Made by a program: the position numbers and the translations under genes | The notes under the pieces: model-generated | Told to the model about the DNA's origin: nothing | The model's database searches: none | What the model saw: only the letters and a program-made list of their open reading frames with translations | Assembly: GCA_035624785.1 (NCBI GenBank) | Contig: DASPQV010000025.1 | Coordinates: forward strand, 285,323-349,322 | Origin: Candidatus Binatia bacterium | GTDB taxonomy: Bacteria > Chloroflexota > Dormibacteria > Aeolococcales > Aeolococcaceae | Reading direction: 5' to 3' | DNA length: 64,000 nucleotides | In this document: positions 28,211 through 37,523 of the stretch, piece after piece | Layout: each line of letters opens with the position of its first letter | Numbering within the stretch: position 1 is the first letter of the stretch

Positions 28211-28936
28211 TCAGGCGGGCTGGGGAGCGGGAGGCTCTGAGGGGGACCCGGGGCCGGCCGCGCCGCCAGCCACGGAAGCCACGGCGGCAGCCAGCTCCAC
28301 CGCCCGCTGACCGTGAGGCAGGGACGATCGCAGGGCGTCGTCGATGCCGGCACTGCCCAGGTGGGCTCCGGCGAGCGCACCCGCCAGGCTCACCGCCGCC
28401 CGCCGCCCGGGAGCCGTCGCCGCGCGGACCGCTGCCTCGACCTGGTCGGCGGAGCCCATCGCGGCGACCGCCAGCTGGAGTGCGGCGCCGGGGTCGTCGT
28501 CGTGTTCGGGCAGCTCGGCCGGACCAGTGCGGAGCCGGTCGAGCAGCGCCATGGGGGCATCCTCGAGGAGTGACTGGCGCACCCTGACGGCCGCGGTCAC
28601 CGGGTCGAACCGGGTGAGGTCCGCGGCCAGGAGCGCGGCGGCGACTGCGGCGACCGCGGTGGCCTCGTCGGCTCCGGCGAGGGCGGCGACCCGGTAGGCG
28701 TCGCGGCGGATCCGGGGGCGGTCCCAAGGCGAGAGGAGCCCAAAGGGAACCGCTCGTAGCAGCAGGCCGGCGGGGCCCGCCTGAGACGACCCGGTCAGCC
28801 CCCGGCGGCGGAGGTCCTCTGCGTCGAAGCCGCCGACGCCGGCGATCGAGGCCGCAACCTCGAGCAGGTCCCCGGCTGCCGCCGGCGCCTGGGCGGCGCG
28901 CTCCCCGGCCAGGGCACCGAGGAAGGCGGCCTCCAC
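28211..28936 (-). CDS. Hypothetical protein, weakly ADP-ribosylglycohydrolase-like (degenerate)
   Basis: High GC3 in the minus frame over 28211-28900. 'VEAAFLGALAGERAAQ' and 'RRAAVSLAGALAGAHLGSAGI' resemble ARH N- and C-terminal helices but lack the GGDTDT motif. Start (GTG ~28936) is uncertain. The upstream half of the track ORF (to 29515) is rejected because the opposite strand is coding there. Confidence 0.35.
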   Translation of the reverse strand: MEAAFLGALAGERAAQAPAAAGDLLEVAASIAGVGGFDAEDLRRRGLTGSSQAGPAGLLLRAVPFGLLSPWDRPRIRRDAYRVAALAGADEATAVAAVAAALLAADLTRFDPVTAAVRVRQSLLEDAPMALLDRLRTGPAELPEHDDDPGAALQLAVAAMGSADQVEAAVRAATAPGRRAAVSLAGALAGAHLGSAGIDDALRSSLPHGQRAVELAAAVASVAGGAAGPGSPSEPPAPQPA

Positions 28937-29113
28937 CCGGCCGGCGTGGGAGGAGAGCTCGCCCGGAGGTGGCCAGTGCCGGACCGGCGGGGCCGTGCTC
29001 TCGGCGACCTCAGCGGCCGCCGAAGCCTCGGCGGCGGGGGGAGGCTGCGAGGGAGCGGGTGCGGCGTCTCCCTGCTCCTCGGCGTCCACGCCCGAACGGT
29101 ATCCTGTCGGGTC

Positions 29114-29500
29114 ATGGCATCGCTGGCCCCGCTGCGCCATCTCCGCCAGCCCCTGGAGCGGGTCGTCGTGCGCAGCGCCACCCGGCTGGTCGCGGTGCCC
29201 CGCCACCCCATGGCACCGGCGGCGGTCCGGGTGGAGCGGACCAGGGCGAGGCGGGGCGGTGAGACGGCGGAGCAGACCGCCATCACCCTCTGGTTCCAGG
29301 AGGGCCCTCAGCTCCCCAGCCCCAGCCTGTCGCGGTCGCCATGGCGGGTCGCGGCCGGTGTGGGAGTCACCCTGGTGGGTGCCGCCGCGGTGGCGGTGGC
29401 CTCCAGCCTCGCGGCCCAGCGCGAGGAGCAGCGGCGCATCCAGGCGGTGCGCCCGGTGCGGACCATCGCAGCGCCCGCAACCGCCGGCGCCGCCGACTGA
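29114..29500 (+). CDS. Hypothetical small single-TM protein
   Basis: About 92% GC3 over 128 codons in this frame. One hydrophobic helix 'WRVAAGVGVTLVGAAAVAVASSLAA'. Hidden under a longer antisense ORF in the track. Confidence 0.5.
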   Translation: MASLAPLRHLRQPLERVVVRSATRLVAVPRHPMAPAAVRVERTRARRGGETAEQTAITLWFQEGPQLPSPSLSRSPWRVAAGVGVTLVGAAAVAVASSLAAQREEQRRIQAVRPVRTIAAPATAGAAD

Positions 29501-29608
29501 GATCACACCAGGCACCGGCGATGCGGGCGGGGTGATCTCGCCGGGGGCCGGCTCCTCTCCGCGTGATGAAGGACCGAGGTGCTTGGGCCGCGGGCTCCTG
29601 ATCGCCGG

Positions 29609-30457
29609 TCAGCCGCGGAGCCAGCCGAGCAGCTCGAAGCCGTGACGCCGCGGCCGGCTCTCCACCTCGCGCAGCGAGCTGCCATCGGTGATCAGCAGGT
29701 CCCGGGAGACCGGGTTCATCGCCTCCCGCCACTCGCGCACCACCCGCATCCGGAACCGGCCGGCGCTGGGCAGCGAGGCCGGCAGGGCCAGCACCAGGGA
29801 TCGGTCTGGGACGGCCAGCAGGACCTCGCCTCCCGCCCGCTCCGCGAAGGCAGCCAGCACCTCGGGGACGGTGATCACGCTGCCCTGGAAGAGCCCGTCG
29901 CTGCTCATCCGCCAGCCGTCGGCTGGGATCCGGTCCGCGGCTCGGATTCGCTCCGGCAGCGCCGCGAAGCGCGCCCCGGTGTTGACGCTGGCCCGCTCGC
30001 CGGCGGTGGCCGGGTCGAGGCCGGCCGACTCCAGGTCACCGGCGGCGAGGCCGCGCATCACCGAGCCGGGCAGGACCTCGGCGATGAAGGCGACCACGGA
30101 GGCGCCGAGCGAGCGCGTCACCAGCTCCGCGGCGCGGCTCAAACCCTCGAGGTAGCGCTGGCTCCGGACGCACCAGAGCAGCCGGCTGGGGTTCACCTCC
30201 ATCCCGGTGCGCGGGCTCAGCTGCCGCTCCGCCCGGCGCACGAAGTCGGCGATCAGGCTGGCGCTCCGCCCCGGCTCCCGCAGGCAGGCGTGGTGGAGGG
30301 GCGCCAGCGGCAGGGTGCTCTCGGCCCCGGCGGCGCGCACCGTCAGCGCGAAGGCGACACCGTCGATGCCCACCTCGATGCCGCGGTACCGCGACCGCAG
30401 CTGGAGCCGGAGCCGCTCCGCGAAGGCGCTGCGGTCATCGAGAGGCGCATCGGACAT
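29609..30457 (-). CDS. Hypothetical protein (possibly DUF1444/YtpQ-like)
   Basis: Good GC3 and non-low-complexity sequence. It is the last gene of the long minus-strand MoxR-VWA-ABC gene string. Confidence 0.5.
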   Translation of the reverse strand: MSDAPLDDRSAFAERLRLQLRSRYRGIEVGIDGVAFALTVRAAGAESTLPLAPLHHACLREPGRSASLIADFVRRAERQLSPRTGMEVNPSRLLWCVRSQRYLEGLSRAAELVTRSLGASVVAFIAEVLPGSVMRGLAAGDLESAGLDPATAGERASVNTGARFAALPERIRAADRIPADGWRMSSDGLFQGSVITVPEVLAAFAERAGGEVLLAVPDRSLVLALPASLPSAGRFRMRVVREWREAMNPVSRDLLITDGSSLREVESRPRRHGFELLGWLRG

Positions 30458-30550
30458 TCGACCCAGTGTGCGCCAGGGGTGAGAGCTCGCGCCAACTGGC
30501 GGTTGGTGCGATGCGCCGCTCAGTCCGACGAGGTCAAGGAAGCGCCTCGC

Positions 30551-33085
30551 CTATTCGATGGTGATGGCGCGGAGGACGTCAACCCGCGAGGCGCGGATCG
30601 CCGGGAAGATGGCGGCGAGGATCCCGAAGAGCCCGGCCGCGCACGCGTAGATGATCAGGTTGCCGCCGGGCACCGAGGTCTGGCTGATCCCGTCAGCATG
30701 CAGGGAGACCACCAGGGCGATGCCCATCCCGGCGCCCACGCCGAGACCAAGGACGGCGCCGAGCAGGGCGATGATCACCGACTCCCAGGCCACCATCTCG
30801 CGCGTCTGGGTTCGGGTCATGCCCAGAGCCCGGAGCAGGCCGATCTCGCGGGTGCGCTCGAGCACGCTCAGGGCAAGGGTGTTGATGATGCCGACCACGG
30901 CGATGATGATGGCCAGCCCGAGCAGCACGTAGATGAGGTTCAGGAAGCTGTTGAGGCCAGTGCTGACCAGGTCCTTGTACTCCGCCTTGGTCATGGCGGT
31001 GAGCACGGGGAAGCTCTGCAGGTCGTGGAGCAGTGACGCCTGAGCGGTGCTCAGGCTGACCCCGGACGCGGGATTGACCAGCACGGCGTCGTCCTGCTGG
31101 CTCACCACGTGGGGCGCCAGGGTGGCCAGTGAGACGAGGTAGCCGTTGATCAGGGCGTCGGGAGAGTAAATCCCCCCGACCACGGCGTTGATCCGGTCTC
31201 CACGGGGGAAGGTCATGGCCACCCGGCTGCCCAGCTGCAACCCGTCGGCGGCCGCGGTGGTGGAGTCCACCACGGCCGTGTTCTGGGTGGCGATGCTGGC
31301 CGCGCTGCCTGTGGTCATGCTGAGGTCGAGCACCCGCGAGAGCTGGCTCGGATCGAGGGCGAGCAGCGACGTCGAGACGTTGCCGACCAGGACATCGCTG
31401 CTCCGCAGCTCGGCGATGTCGGTCAGCCGCGGATCCTGGCGGAGGGTGCTGGCGATGTCGGGGGTGAAGCCGCCCCCGCCGCGCTGGTCCAGGACGACCA
31501 GCTGGGCCCTCACGCTGCCGTCGATGGCGGCGTCGATGCTCGCCTCCACGGACTCGGTGAGCACCGCGACCGCGGTCACCAGGGCGAGACCGATCATCAG
31601 CGCCGAGGCGGTGAGCGCGGTGCGGCGGGGGTTCCGCCGCGCGTTCTCGCCGGCGAGCCGGCCCGGGGCGCCCCGCAGCCGCCGCGCCGGCCAGCCCAGC
31701 ACCGCCGCGACCGGCCTCACCAGGCCGGGGGCGAGCAGGGCCATGCCCAGGAAGATGGCGAGCACCGAGAGGCCGAGGATCGCCAGGTTCGGCCCGGTGT
31801 TGACATTGGCCGTGAAGAGCGTGCCCAGGAGCCCGGCGACACCGGCGGCCAGGACCAGCGACCCTGCCGCGATCCGGCCCCGCGGCAGGTCGTGGGTCTC
31901 GGGGACGGCCTCGCGAAGCGCCGCCACCGGCGGGATGTGGGTGGCTCTCCGAGCCGGGAAGGCGGCGGCGACCACGGTGACCACGGTGCCGATGACCAGG
32001 GACCAGATCAGGGCGTCGGCACCCACGCTGAGCGTCGCCGTCGAGCTGAAGATGCGCACCAGCACCCGGGCGACCAGGAGGCCGAGCACGAAGCCGAGCA
32101 GGGAGGCCACCACCCCGGTGATCGCGGCCTCGGTGACGACCTCGCTGAACACCTGGCCGCGGGTCGCTCCCACGGCTCGGAGCAGAGCCAGCTCCTGGGT
32201 GCGCTGCGCCACCAGGATGCTGAAGGTGTTGACGATCAGGAAGCTGCCGACGAAGACGGCGATCAAGGCAAAGACCAGGAGCGGGGTGCCCACGAAATTG
32301 TTGATCGTGGTCACCGCGGTCTGCTCGGCCTGGGACGCGGCCTGCTGGCCGGTCTGAACGGTCACCGCGTCCCCGCTCAGGGCGCTGGAGATGCGGGTCC
32401 GAAGCTGGAGGGCGGTGACCCCGGACTGGACGCTGGCGTCGATGGCGTTGTAGGTGCCGCCGGCCTGGAGCAGGGTCTCCGCGGTCGGCTCGGTGAAGAG
32501 GGCGAAGGACGCCCCGGCCACGCTGGTCTGGTTGCCGAACTCGGCGATCCCGCTGATCCGGAAGGACTGGGCGGGTCCGCCCTTGAAGGAGACCTCGACC
32601 TGGTCCCCGACGGCGAGGTGCTGGCGAGTGGCGGTGGCCTGGTCGATGACCATGTCGTCGGCCGCCTGGGGCGGGCTCCCCGAGGCCAGCCGGTAGGGGG
32701 AGAGCTGTTGGTCGGCGATCCAGTTGCCACCCAGCGTGGCCACCCCGACCCGTCCGGTGATCACCTTGCCGTTCTCGATCAGGGCGATGCCCCGGGTGCT
32801 GACCAGGCCGACGGCGTCCTGCACTCCCGAGACCGCCCTGATCGTGGCGAGCAGCGAGGTGGGCACCGGCAGGTAGGAGCTGGTCTCGCCGACCAGTGGC
32901 CTGCCGCGAACCTCCACCGCAACCCCCCGGTCCACGTTGCTCAGCACGCCCTGGAAGGTGTTTCGGATGGTGTCGGTCAGGATCAGGGTGCCGGCCACGA
33001 AGGTGACCCCGAGCACGATGGCGGTGGCGGTGAGGGCCAGCCGGAGCTTGTGGCTGAGGAGGCTGCGCAGGCTGACCTTCAGCAT
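30551..33085 (-). CDS. ABC transporter permease, MacB/FtsX-type with two FtsX domains
   Basis: 844 aa. Contains two 4-TM FtsX modules, each preceded by a large extracytoplasmic domain, with 'LRALGATRGQV' and 'LRALGMTRTQT' motifs. Confidence 0.85.
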   Translation of the reverse strand: MLKVSLRSLLSHKLRLALTATAIVLGVTFVAGTLILTDTIRNTFQGVLSNVDRGVAVEVRGRPLVGETSSYLPVPTSLLATIRAVSGVQDAVGLVSTRGIALIENGKVITGRVGVATLGGNWIADQQLSPYRLASGSPPQAADDMVIDQATATRQHLAVGDQVEVSFKGGPAQSFRISGIAEFGNQTSVAGASFALFTEPTAETLLQAGGTYNAIDASVQSGVTALQLRTRISSALSGDAVTVQTGQQAASQAEQTAVTTINNFVGTPLLVFALIAVFVGSFLIVNTFSILVAQRTQELALLRAVGATRGQVFSEVVTEAAITGVVASLLGFVLGLLVARVLVRIFSSTATLSVGADALIWSLVIGTVVTVVAAAFPARRATHIPPVAALREAVPETHDLPRGRIAAGSLVLAAGVAGLLGTLFTANVNTGPNLAILGLSVLAIFLGMALLAPGLVRPVAAVLGWPARRLRGAPGRLAGENARRNPRRTALTASALMIGLALVTAVAVLTESVEASIDAAIDGSVRAQLVVLDQRGGGGFTPDIASTLRQDPRLTDIAELRSSDVLVGNVSTSLLALDPSQLSRVLDLSMTTGSAASIATQNTAVVDSTTAAADGLQLGSRVAMTFPRGDRINAVVGGIYSPDALINGYLVSLATLAPHVVSQQDDAVLVNPASGVSLSTAQASLLHDLQSFPVLTAMTKAEYKDLVSTGLNSFLNLIYVLLGLAIIIAVVGIINTLALSVLERTREIGLLRALGMTRTQTREMVAWESVIIALLGAVLGLGVGAGMGIALVVSLHADGISQTSVPGGNLIIYACAAGLFGILAAIFPAIRASRVDVLRAITIE

Positions 33086-33103
33086 GGCGGGCCTAGTGCA
33101 TCC

Positions 33104-33883
33104 TCATTCGCCCAGGTGCCGCACGACTTCCAGGATGGTGTCGGCGGTGGGCGAGCGCAGCTCCCGGACCACCCGGCCGTCGGCGAGGAAGATCACCCGG
33201 TCGGCGTGAGCGGCAGCGAAGGCGTCATGGGTGACCATGACGATGGTCTGCCCCAGGTCCGTCACCGCCCGGCGCAGGAACGCGAGGAGCTCGCCGCCGC
33301 TGTGGGAGTCCAGGTTGCCGGTGGGCTCGTCGGCGAAGATGATCTCGGGGCGGCTGACCAGCGCTCGAGCCGCCGCCACCCGCTGCTGCTGGCCGCCGGA
33401 GAGCTCACCGGGCCGGTGGCGGAGCCGGTCCCCCATCCCGGTGATGCGCACCACCGACTCCAGGAACATCGGGTCCGGCTTCCGGCCGGCGATCGTCAGG
33501 GGGAGCACGATGTTCTCCAGGGCATCGAGCGTCGCCACCAGGTTGAGGGACTGGAAGATGAAGCCGACCTTGTCGCGCCGGAGCAGGGTGAGCTGACGAT
33601 CGCCCAGCGAGCCCAGCTCCACCTCGCCGATGAAGCTGTGCCCCGAGGTGAGCCGGTCGAGCCCGGCGAGGCAGTGGAGCAGTGTCGACTTGCCCGACCC
33701 GGACGCGCCCATGATGGCGGTGAACTCGCGCGCGCCGAAGGCCGCGCTGATCCCGTCCAGGGCGCGCACTGCGGTGTCACCGTGGCCGTAGATCTTGACC
33801 GCGTCCACCGCACGGGCGGCGGCCACCGGCATCGCCAGGGGCGGCGGCGGAACCGGGGCGGAGGCGGGTTGGCTGAGGCTCAT
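33104..33883 (-). CDS. ABC transporter ATP-binding protein (MacB/LolD-type)
   Basis: Walker A 'GASGSGKST', signature 'LSGGQQQRVAAARAL', Walker B 'IIFADEPTGNLD' and H-loop 'VTHD'. Confidence 0.9.
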   Translation of the reverse strand: MSLSQPASAPVPPPPLAMPVAAARAVDAVKIYGHGDTAVRALDGISAAFGAREFTAIMGASGSGKSTLLHCLAGLDRLTSGHSFIGEVELGSLGDRQLTLLRRDKVGFIFQSLNLVATLDALENIVLPLTIAGRKPDPMFLESVVRITGMGDRLRHRPGELSGGQQQRVAAARALVSRPEIIFADEPTGNLDSHSGGELLAFLRRAVTDLGQTIVMVTHDAFAAAHADRVIFLADGRVVRELRSPTADTILEVVRHLGE

Positions 33884-33953
33884 CCCCGGCGAGGGTAACA
33901 GGCGGACCGGCGCTGGCGGCGGCGTGAAGCTTGCGGCTGCGACGGCGCGAAGC

Positions 33954-36074
33954 TCAGGCCGCGGAGGCGCGCCTCGACTTCACATAGTCGACGAGCACGT
34001 AGTCACCGAGGCGGTCCGGGCTGATGAAGAAGGCCCGACCTCGATTGAGCCGGGTCATCTGGTTGACGAAGCGCACCAGGTGATGGTTGGACTCGAGCAT
34101 GAAGGTGTTGATCACGATGTTCTCGAGAGTGCAACGGCGCACCTCGACCAGGGTCTTGGCGAAGGTCTCGGGAAGCGGCGGATAGTAGAAGACCGGACGG
34201 CCGTTCTCGATGTGGGCGGTGGGCTCGCCGTCGCTCACGATGATCACCTGCTTGTTCTCGGCGTGGCTGCGTCCGAGGATGCGGCGGGCCAGCATGAGGG
34301 CGTGCTGCAGGTTGGTGCCGTACACGTACTCGTTGACGGAGAGCTGGGGCAGGGCGCGCGATGGGATCTCCCGGGCCAGGTCGCTGAAGCCGACCACCGT
34401 CAGGGCATCGCGCGGGTACTGGCTGCGGATCAGCGAATCCAGGGCGAGCGCCACCTTCTTGGCCGCATAGAAGTAGCCGCGCAGGGGCATGGACCGGCTC
34501 ATGTCCAGCATCAGAACGGTGGCGCATCGGGTCATCGACTCGGTGCGGTGAACCTCGAAGTCACCCGCGTCCAGGCGGGGCACCCGCCGGCCCCGCACCG
34601 GGATATCGGCGCCGGGCTCGGGGCCCTCGGGTTCGCGGCCCTGCGGTGGCGGACCGGTGCGACCGGCGGGCGGCGGTGCCTCGAGCTCGCGGTCACCCTG
34701 AGCCTCGCGGGTCACCGCGTTCATGATCGTCCGCTGCACATCGAGGTCGAACGGGTCGCCGAACTCGTATCCCTTGCTGTCGTCGCCACGGTCGCCGCCG
34801 ACCCCGAGCCGGAGCAGGTCGTGCTCTCCGAAGCGATCCCGGCTCAAGCGGGCAAAGAGATCGCCGAGCGCCTTCTGCCCGATCTTGCGCATGCCGCGAG
34901 CGGTCAGCTGCATGCCCTCGGCACTGCGCTCGACGAGGCCCCGGCCCTCGAGCTCCTGGACCAGGCGCTGCATCTCGTCCAGGCTCTGCGCCGCCTCGCC
35001 TCCGAGCAGCTGGTCGAGGAGTCCCCGCGCCTCGGGATCCATGGCCTCACCGCGACCGATCCCGCGCAGCTTCCGCTCCAGCTCCTCCATCGACTGCAGG
35101 CCGTCCATGAGGCCCATGGCCTCCTCGAGCGACACCTCCTCGTCGCCGAAGAAGCCGTAGCGGCTGCCCAATCGCGAGCGGGGCGAGAGCAGGTCGAGGG
35201 TGCCGGCCAGGTCGGCCAGGGTGGCCTGGAGCTCGGGGTCGTCGAACACCGACTCGATCACCGACTGCAGCTCCCGGCGCATCTCCGGGGAGAGCGACTG
35301 GAGCAGCGAATCCATGCGGGCCATCTGGCGCATCAGCTGCTCGATGAACTCGTCGACGGAGGCCGGCGCGTTGGGGAACATCCGTCCCCAGCGCTGCAGG
35401 AAGGACTCGTAGCTGCGCTGCCGCTGCGCCGGCGGGACGCCCTCGAGCTTCTGGCGCAGCAGGGCGTTGAGGTCCTTGGCCATGGCGCGCAGCTGGGCCA
35501 TCTCCTCGCCGGTCATGGCCCGCATCGCCTGGGTCATCTCCTTGAAGTGGGCATCGACGACCTGTTTGCGGATCTCGTCGAGGAGGCGCTGGAACGCCGC
35601 TTCGGCCTGCGGGTCCATGAACTCGTAGTCGCGCAGCTTGCGGATCGCCCCGCCGGGGTCGGGCGGCAGGGCATCCAGCTGCCCCCGCCGCTGCTTGGCG
35701 ACCCGCTCGAGGAGCGGGCGCGCCTCGTCAGGCGCTTGGTCCAACCTCTCCTGGATCCCCCTGCGCTCCTGGGAGATGACCCGGTCGAGCTTCTCCCGCA
35801 TGTCCTGGAAGACCGAGTTGAGGTTGAATCTCTCGAGCTGGGCCTGCCGCCGCCGACCGAGCTGCTCCAGCATCTCCTCCATTCCCATGAGGTGGCGGCC
35901 TCGCCGGTCGTGCCAGCCCTGGCTGAGCAGGCGCCGCAGCGCGGTCTCGAAGTCCCAGCCGTGGAAGACGTCCTCGCTCAATCGGTCGAAGAGTTCCTCC
36001 AGGTCCGGGCCGAGCGGGTCCTGCGTCCCGTCCCAGGCGGAGAAGCGGTGCCGCGGCGCGGGCGAGGGCGCCAT
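33954..36074 (-). CDS. VWA-domain protein, partner of the MoxR-like ATPase (Rv0959-like conserved actinobacterial protein)
   Basis: C-terminal VWA fold 'ATVLMLDMSRSM...ALTVVGFSD...VIIVSDGEPT' carrying the MIDAS D-x-S-x-S. Long helical N-terminal region. Confidence 0.8.
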   Translation of the reverse strand: MAPSPAPRHRFSAWDGTQDPLGPDLEELFDRLSEDVFHGWDFETALRRLLSQGWHDRRGRHLMGMEEMLEQLGRRRQAQLERFNLNSVFQDMREKLDRVISQERRGIQERLDQAPDEARPLLERVAKQRRGQLDALPPDPGGAIRKLRDYEFMDPQAEAAFQRLLDEIRKQVVDAHFKEMTQAMRAMTGEEMAQLRAMAKDLNALLRQKLEGVPPAQRQRSYESFLQRWGRMFPNAPASVDEFIEQLMRQMARMDSLLQSLSPEMRRELQSVIESVFDDPELQATLADLAGTLDLLSPRSRLGSRYGFFGDEEVSLEEAMGLMDGLQSMEELERKLRGIGRGEAMDPEARGLLDQLLGGEAAQSLDEMQRLVQELEGRGLVERSAEGMQLTARGMRKIGQKALGDLFARLSRDRFGEHDLLRLGVGGDRGDDSKGYEFGDPFDLDVQRTIMNAVTREAQGDRELEAPPPAGRTGPPPQGREPEGPEPGADIPVRGRRVPRLDAGDFEVHRTESMTRCATVLMLDMSRSMPLRGYFYAAKKVALALDSLIRSQYPRDALTVVGFSDLAREIPSRALPQLSVNEYVYGTNLQHALMLARRILGRSHAENKQVIIVSDGEPTAHIENGRPVFYYPPLPETFAKTLVEVRRCTLENIVINTFMLESNHHLVRFVNQMTRLNRGRAFFISPDRLGDYVLVDYVKSRRASAA

Positions 36075-36084
36075 CGCGGCCGGT

Positions 36085-37485
36085 CTAGCCGCCGTACACC
36101 GACGTGCTCTCCAAGGCGGTCTTGTTGAGCCGCTTGCTCAGGTGCAGGCCCTCGAGGACGAATTCCAGAACCGCGGCCATCGAAGGCAGCCCCGGCGGCT
36201 CGTCCAGCTTCTGGCGCGCCCGGTCGAGCCCGGGGAGCTCGGCGATCGCCTGTGCATAGCTCTCCGCCGGCACCAGCGGGCCGACCTCCACGGTGAAGCC
36301 GCCACGGTCGAAGCGCTGCACCATGTCGGCGAGCTCGTGAGCGTTGAAGTGGCGCCGGAAGACATTGCTGCAGGAGGTGCGCACCAGCTTGTCGAGAACC
36401 TGCTCGTCGTCGTTGTCGTCCCAGGTGTCCAGCTCGACCTTGCCGGCGGTCGAGGCGCTGACGGCGACCAGGTCGCTGACCCTGGCCACCGCCTCCTTCT
36501 CCCCGGTGATCAGGGCCCGGCGGAGCGCATTGCTGGCCAGGCTCTCGTAGTTGGCGGTGGTGACCCGAACCGACACCCCACTTCGCTGGTTGATCTGGGG
36601 GTGGCGGCGGGCCAGGTGGGTGATCTCGACCGCGATCTCCTTCATGTGCTGGGGCACCCGCACCGGCACCGGCATCTCGTCGAAGACCACCCGCTCCTGC
36701 TCGGCGATGGCGATCTCGTCCTCGGCGGTGCGCGGGTAATGGGTGCGGACCTGGGCTCCGAAGCGGTCCTTGAGAGGGGTGATGATCCTGCCGCGGTTGG
36801 TGTAGTCCTCGGGGTTGGCGGTGGCCACCACGAAGACGTCCAGGGGCAGCCGGATCCGGAAGCCGCGGATCTGGACGTCGCGCTCCTCGATGATGTTGAG
36901 CAGGCCTACCTGGATCCTCTCGGCGAGGTCGGGGAGCTCGTTGATGGCGAAGATGCCGCGGTTGGTCCTGGGCACCAGGCCGTAGTGGATGACCAGCTCG
37001 TCAGAGAGGTACCGGCCCTCGGCCACCTTGATGGGGTCGACCTCGCCGATCAGGTCGGCGATGGAGGTGTCGGGTGTCGCCAGCTTCTCGCCGTAGCGGT
37101 CCTCGGGCTCGAGCCAGGCGATCGGGCTGTCCTCGCCCAGCTCGCCGACCAGCTCGCGACAGCGCCGGCAGATGGGGGCGTAAGGGTTGTCGTTGATCTC
37201 GCAACCGGCGATCGCGGGCACCGCCTCATCGAGGAGCGAGGTGAGGGAGCGAACCAGCCTCGACTTGGCCTGGCCGCGCTCGCCAAGCAGCACCACGTCC
37301 TGGCCGGCCAGGATCGCGTTCTCCAGCTGGGGGATGACGGAGTCGGCGTAGCCGACGATGCCGGGGAAGAGGGGCTCCCCGGCCTGGAGCTTGCGGATGA
37401 GGTTGCGGCGCAGCTCCGACTTGATGGGGCGCACCAGGTACTCGGAACGGCGAAGCTCGCCGATGGTGTGGGCCTCGGGCTTCAA
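36085..37485 (-). CDS. MoxR/BchI-like AAA+ ATPase ('magnesium chelatase-like', Rv0958-like)
   Basis: Walker A variant 'VLLGERGQAKS', Walker B 'IFAINELPD' and 'VVATANPEDYTNRGRIITPLKDRF', which carries the sensor/arginine finger. It sits 10 nt upstream of the VWA gene. Confidence 0.8.
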   Translation of the reverse strand: MKPEAHTIGELRRSEYLVRPIKSELRRNLIRKLQAGEPLFPGIVGYADSVIPQLENAILAGQDVVLLGERGQAKSRLVRSLTSLLDEAVPAIAGCEINDNPYAPICRRCRELVGELGEDSPIAWLEPEDRYGEKLATPDTSIADLIGEVDPIKVAEGRYLSDELVIHYGLVPRTNRGIFAINELPDLAERIQVGLLNIIEERDVQIRGFRIRLPLDVFVVATANPEDYTNRGRIITPLKDRFGAQVRTHYPRTAEDEIAIAEQERVVFDEMPVPVRVPQHMKEIAVEITHLARRHPQINQRSGVSVRVTTANYESLASNALRRALITGEKEAVARVSDLVAVSASTAGKVELDTWDDNDDEQVLDKLVRTSCSNVFRRHFNAHELADMVQRFDRGGFTVEVGPLVPAESYAQAIAELPGLDRARQKLDEPPGLPSMAAVLEFVLEGLHLSKRLNKTALESTSVYGG

Positions 37486-37499
37486 GGCACCAGCGTACC

Positions 37500-37523
37500 C
37501 CCATCGGCGCGAGCGCCGATGGG
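37500..37523. promoter_or_regulatory. GC-rich perfect palindrome CCCATCGGCGC-GA-GCGCCGATGGG
   Basis: 11-bp arms with a 2-bp spacer, starting ~15 nt upstream of the MoxR-like ATPase start codon. Candidate operator or 5'-leader hairpin. Confidence 0.3.

Noticed and set aside
29000-29515. Upstream 170 codons of the 434-aa minus ORF 28211..29515
   Set aside because: The plus-strand frame 29114-29500 has about 92% GC3 and encodes a coherent TM protein. The minus-frame translation here is Pro/Arg/Gly low complexity.
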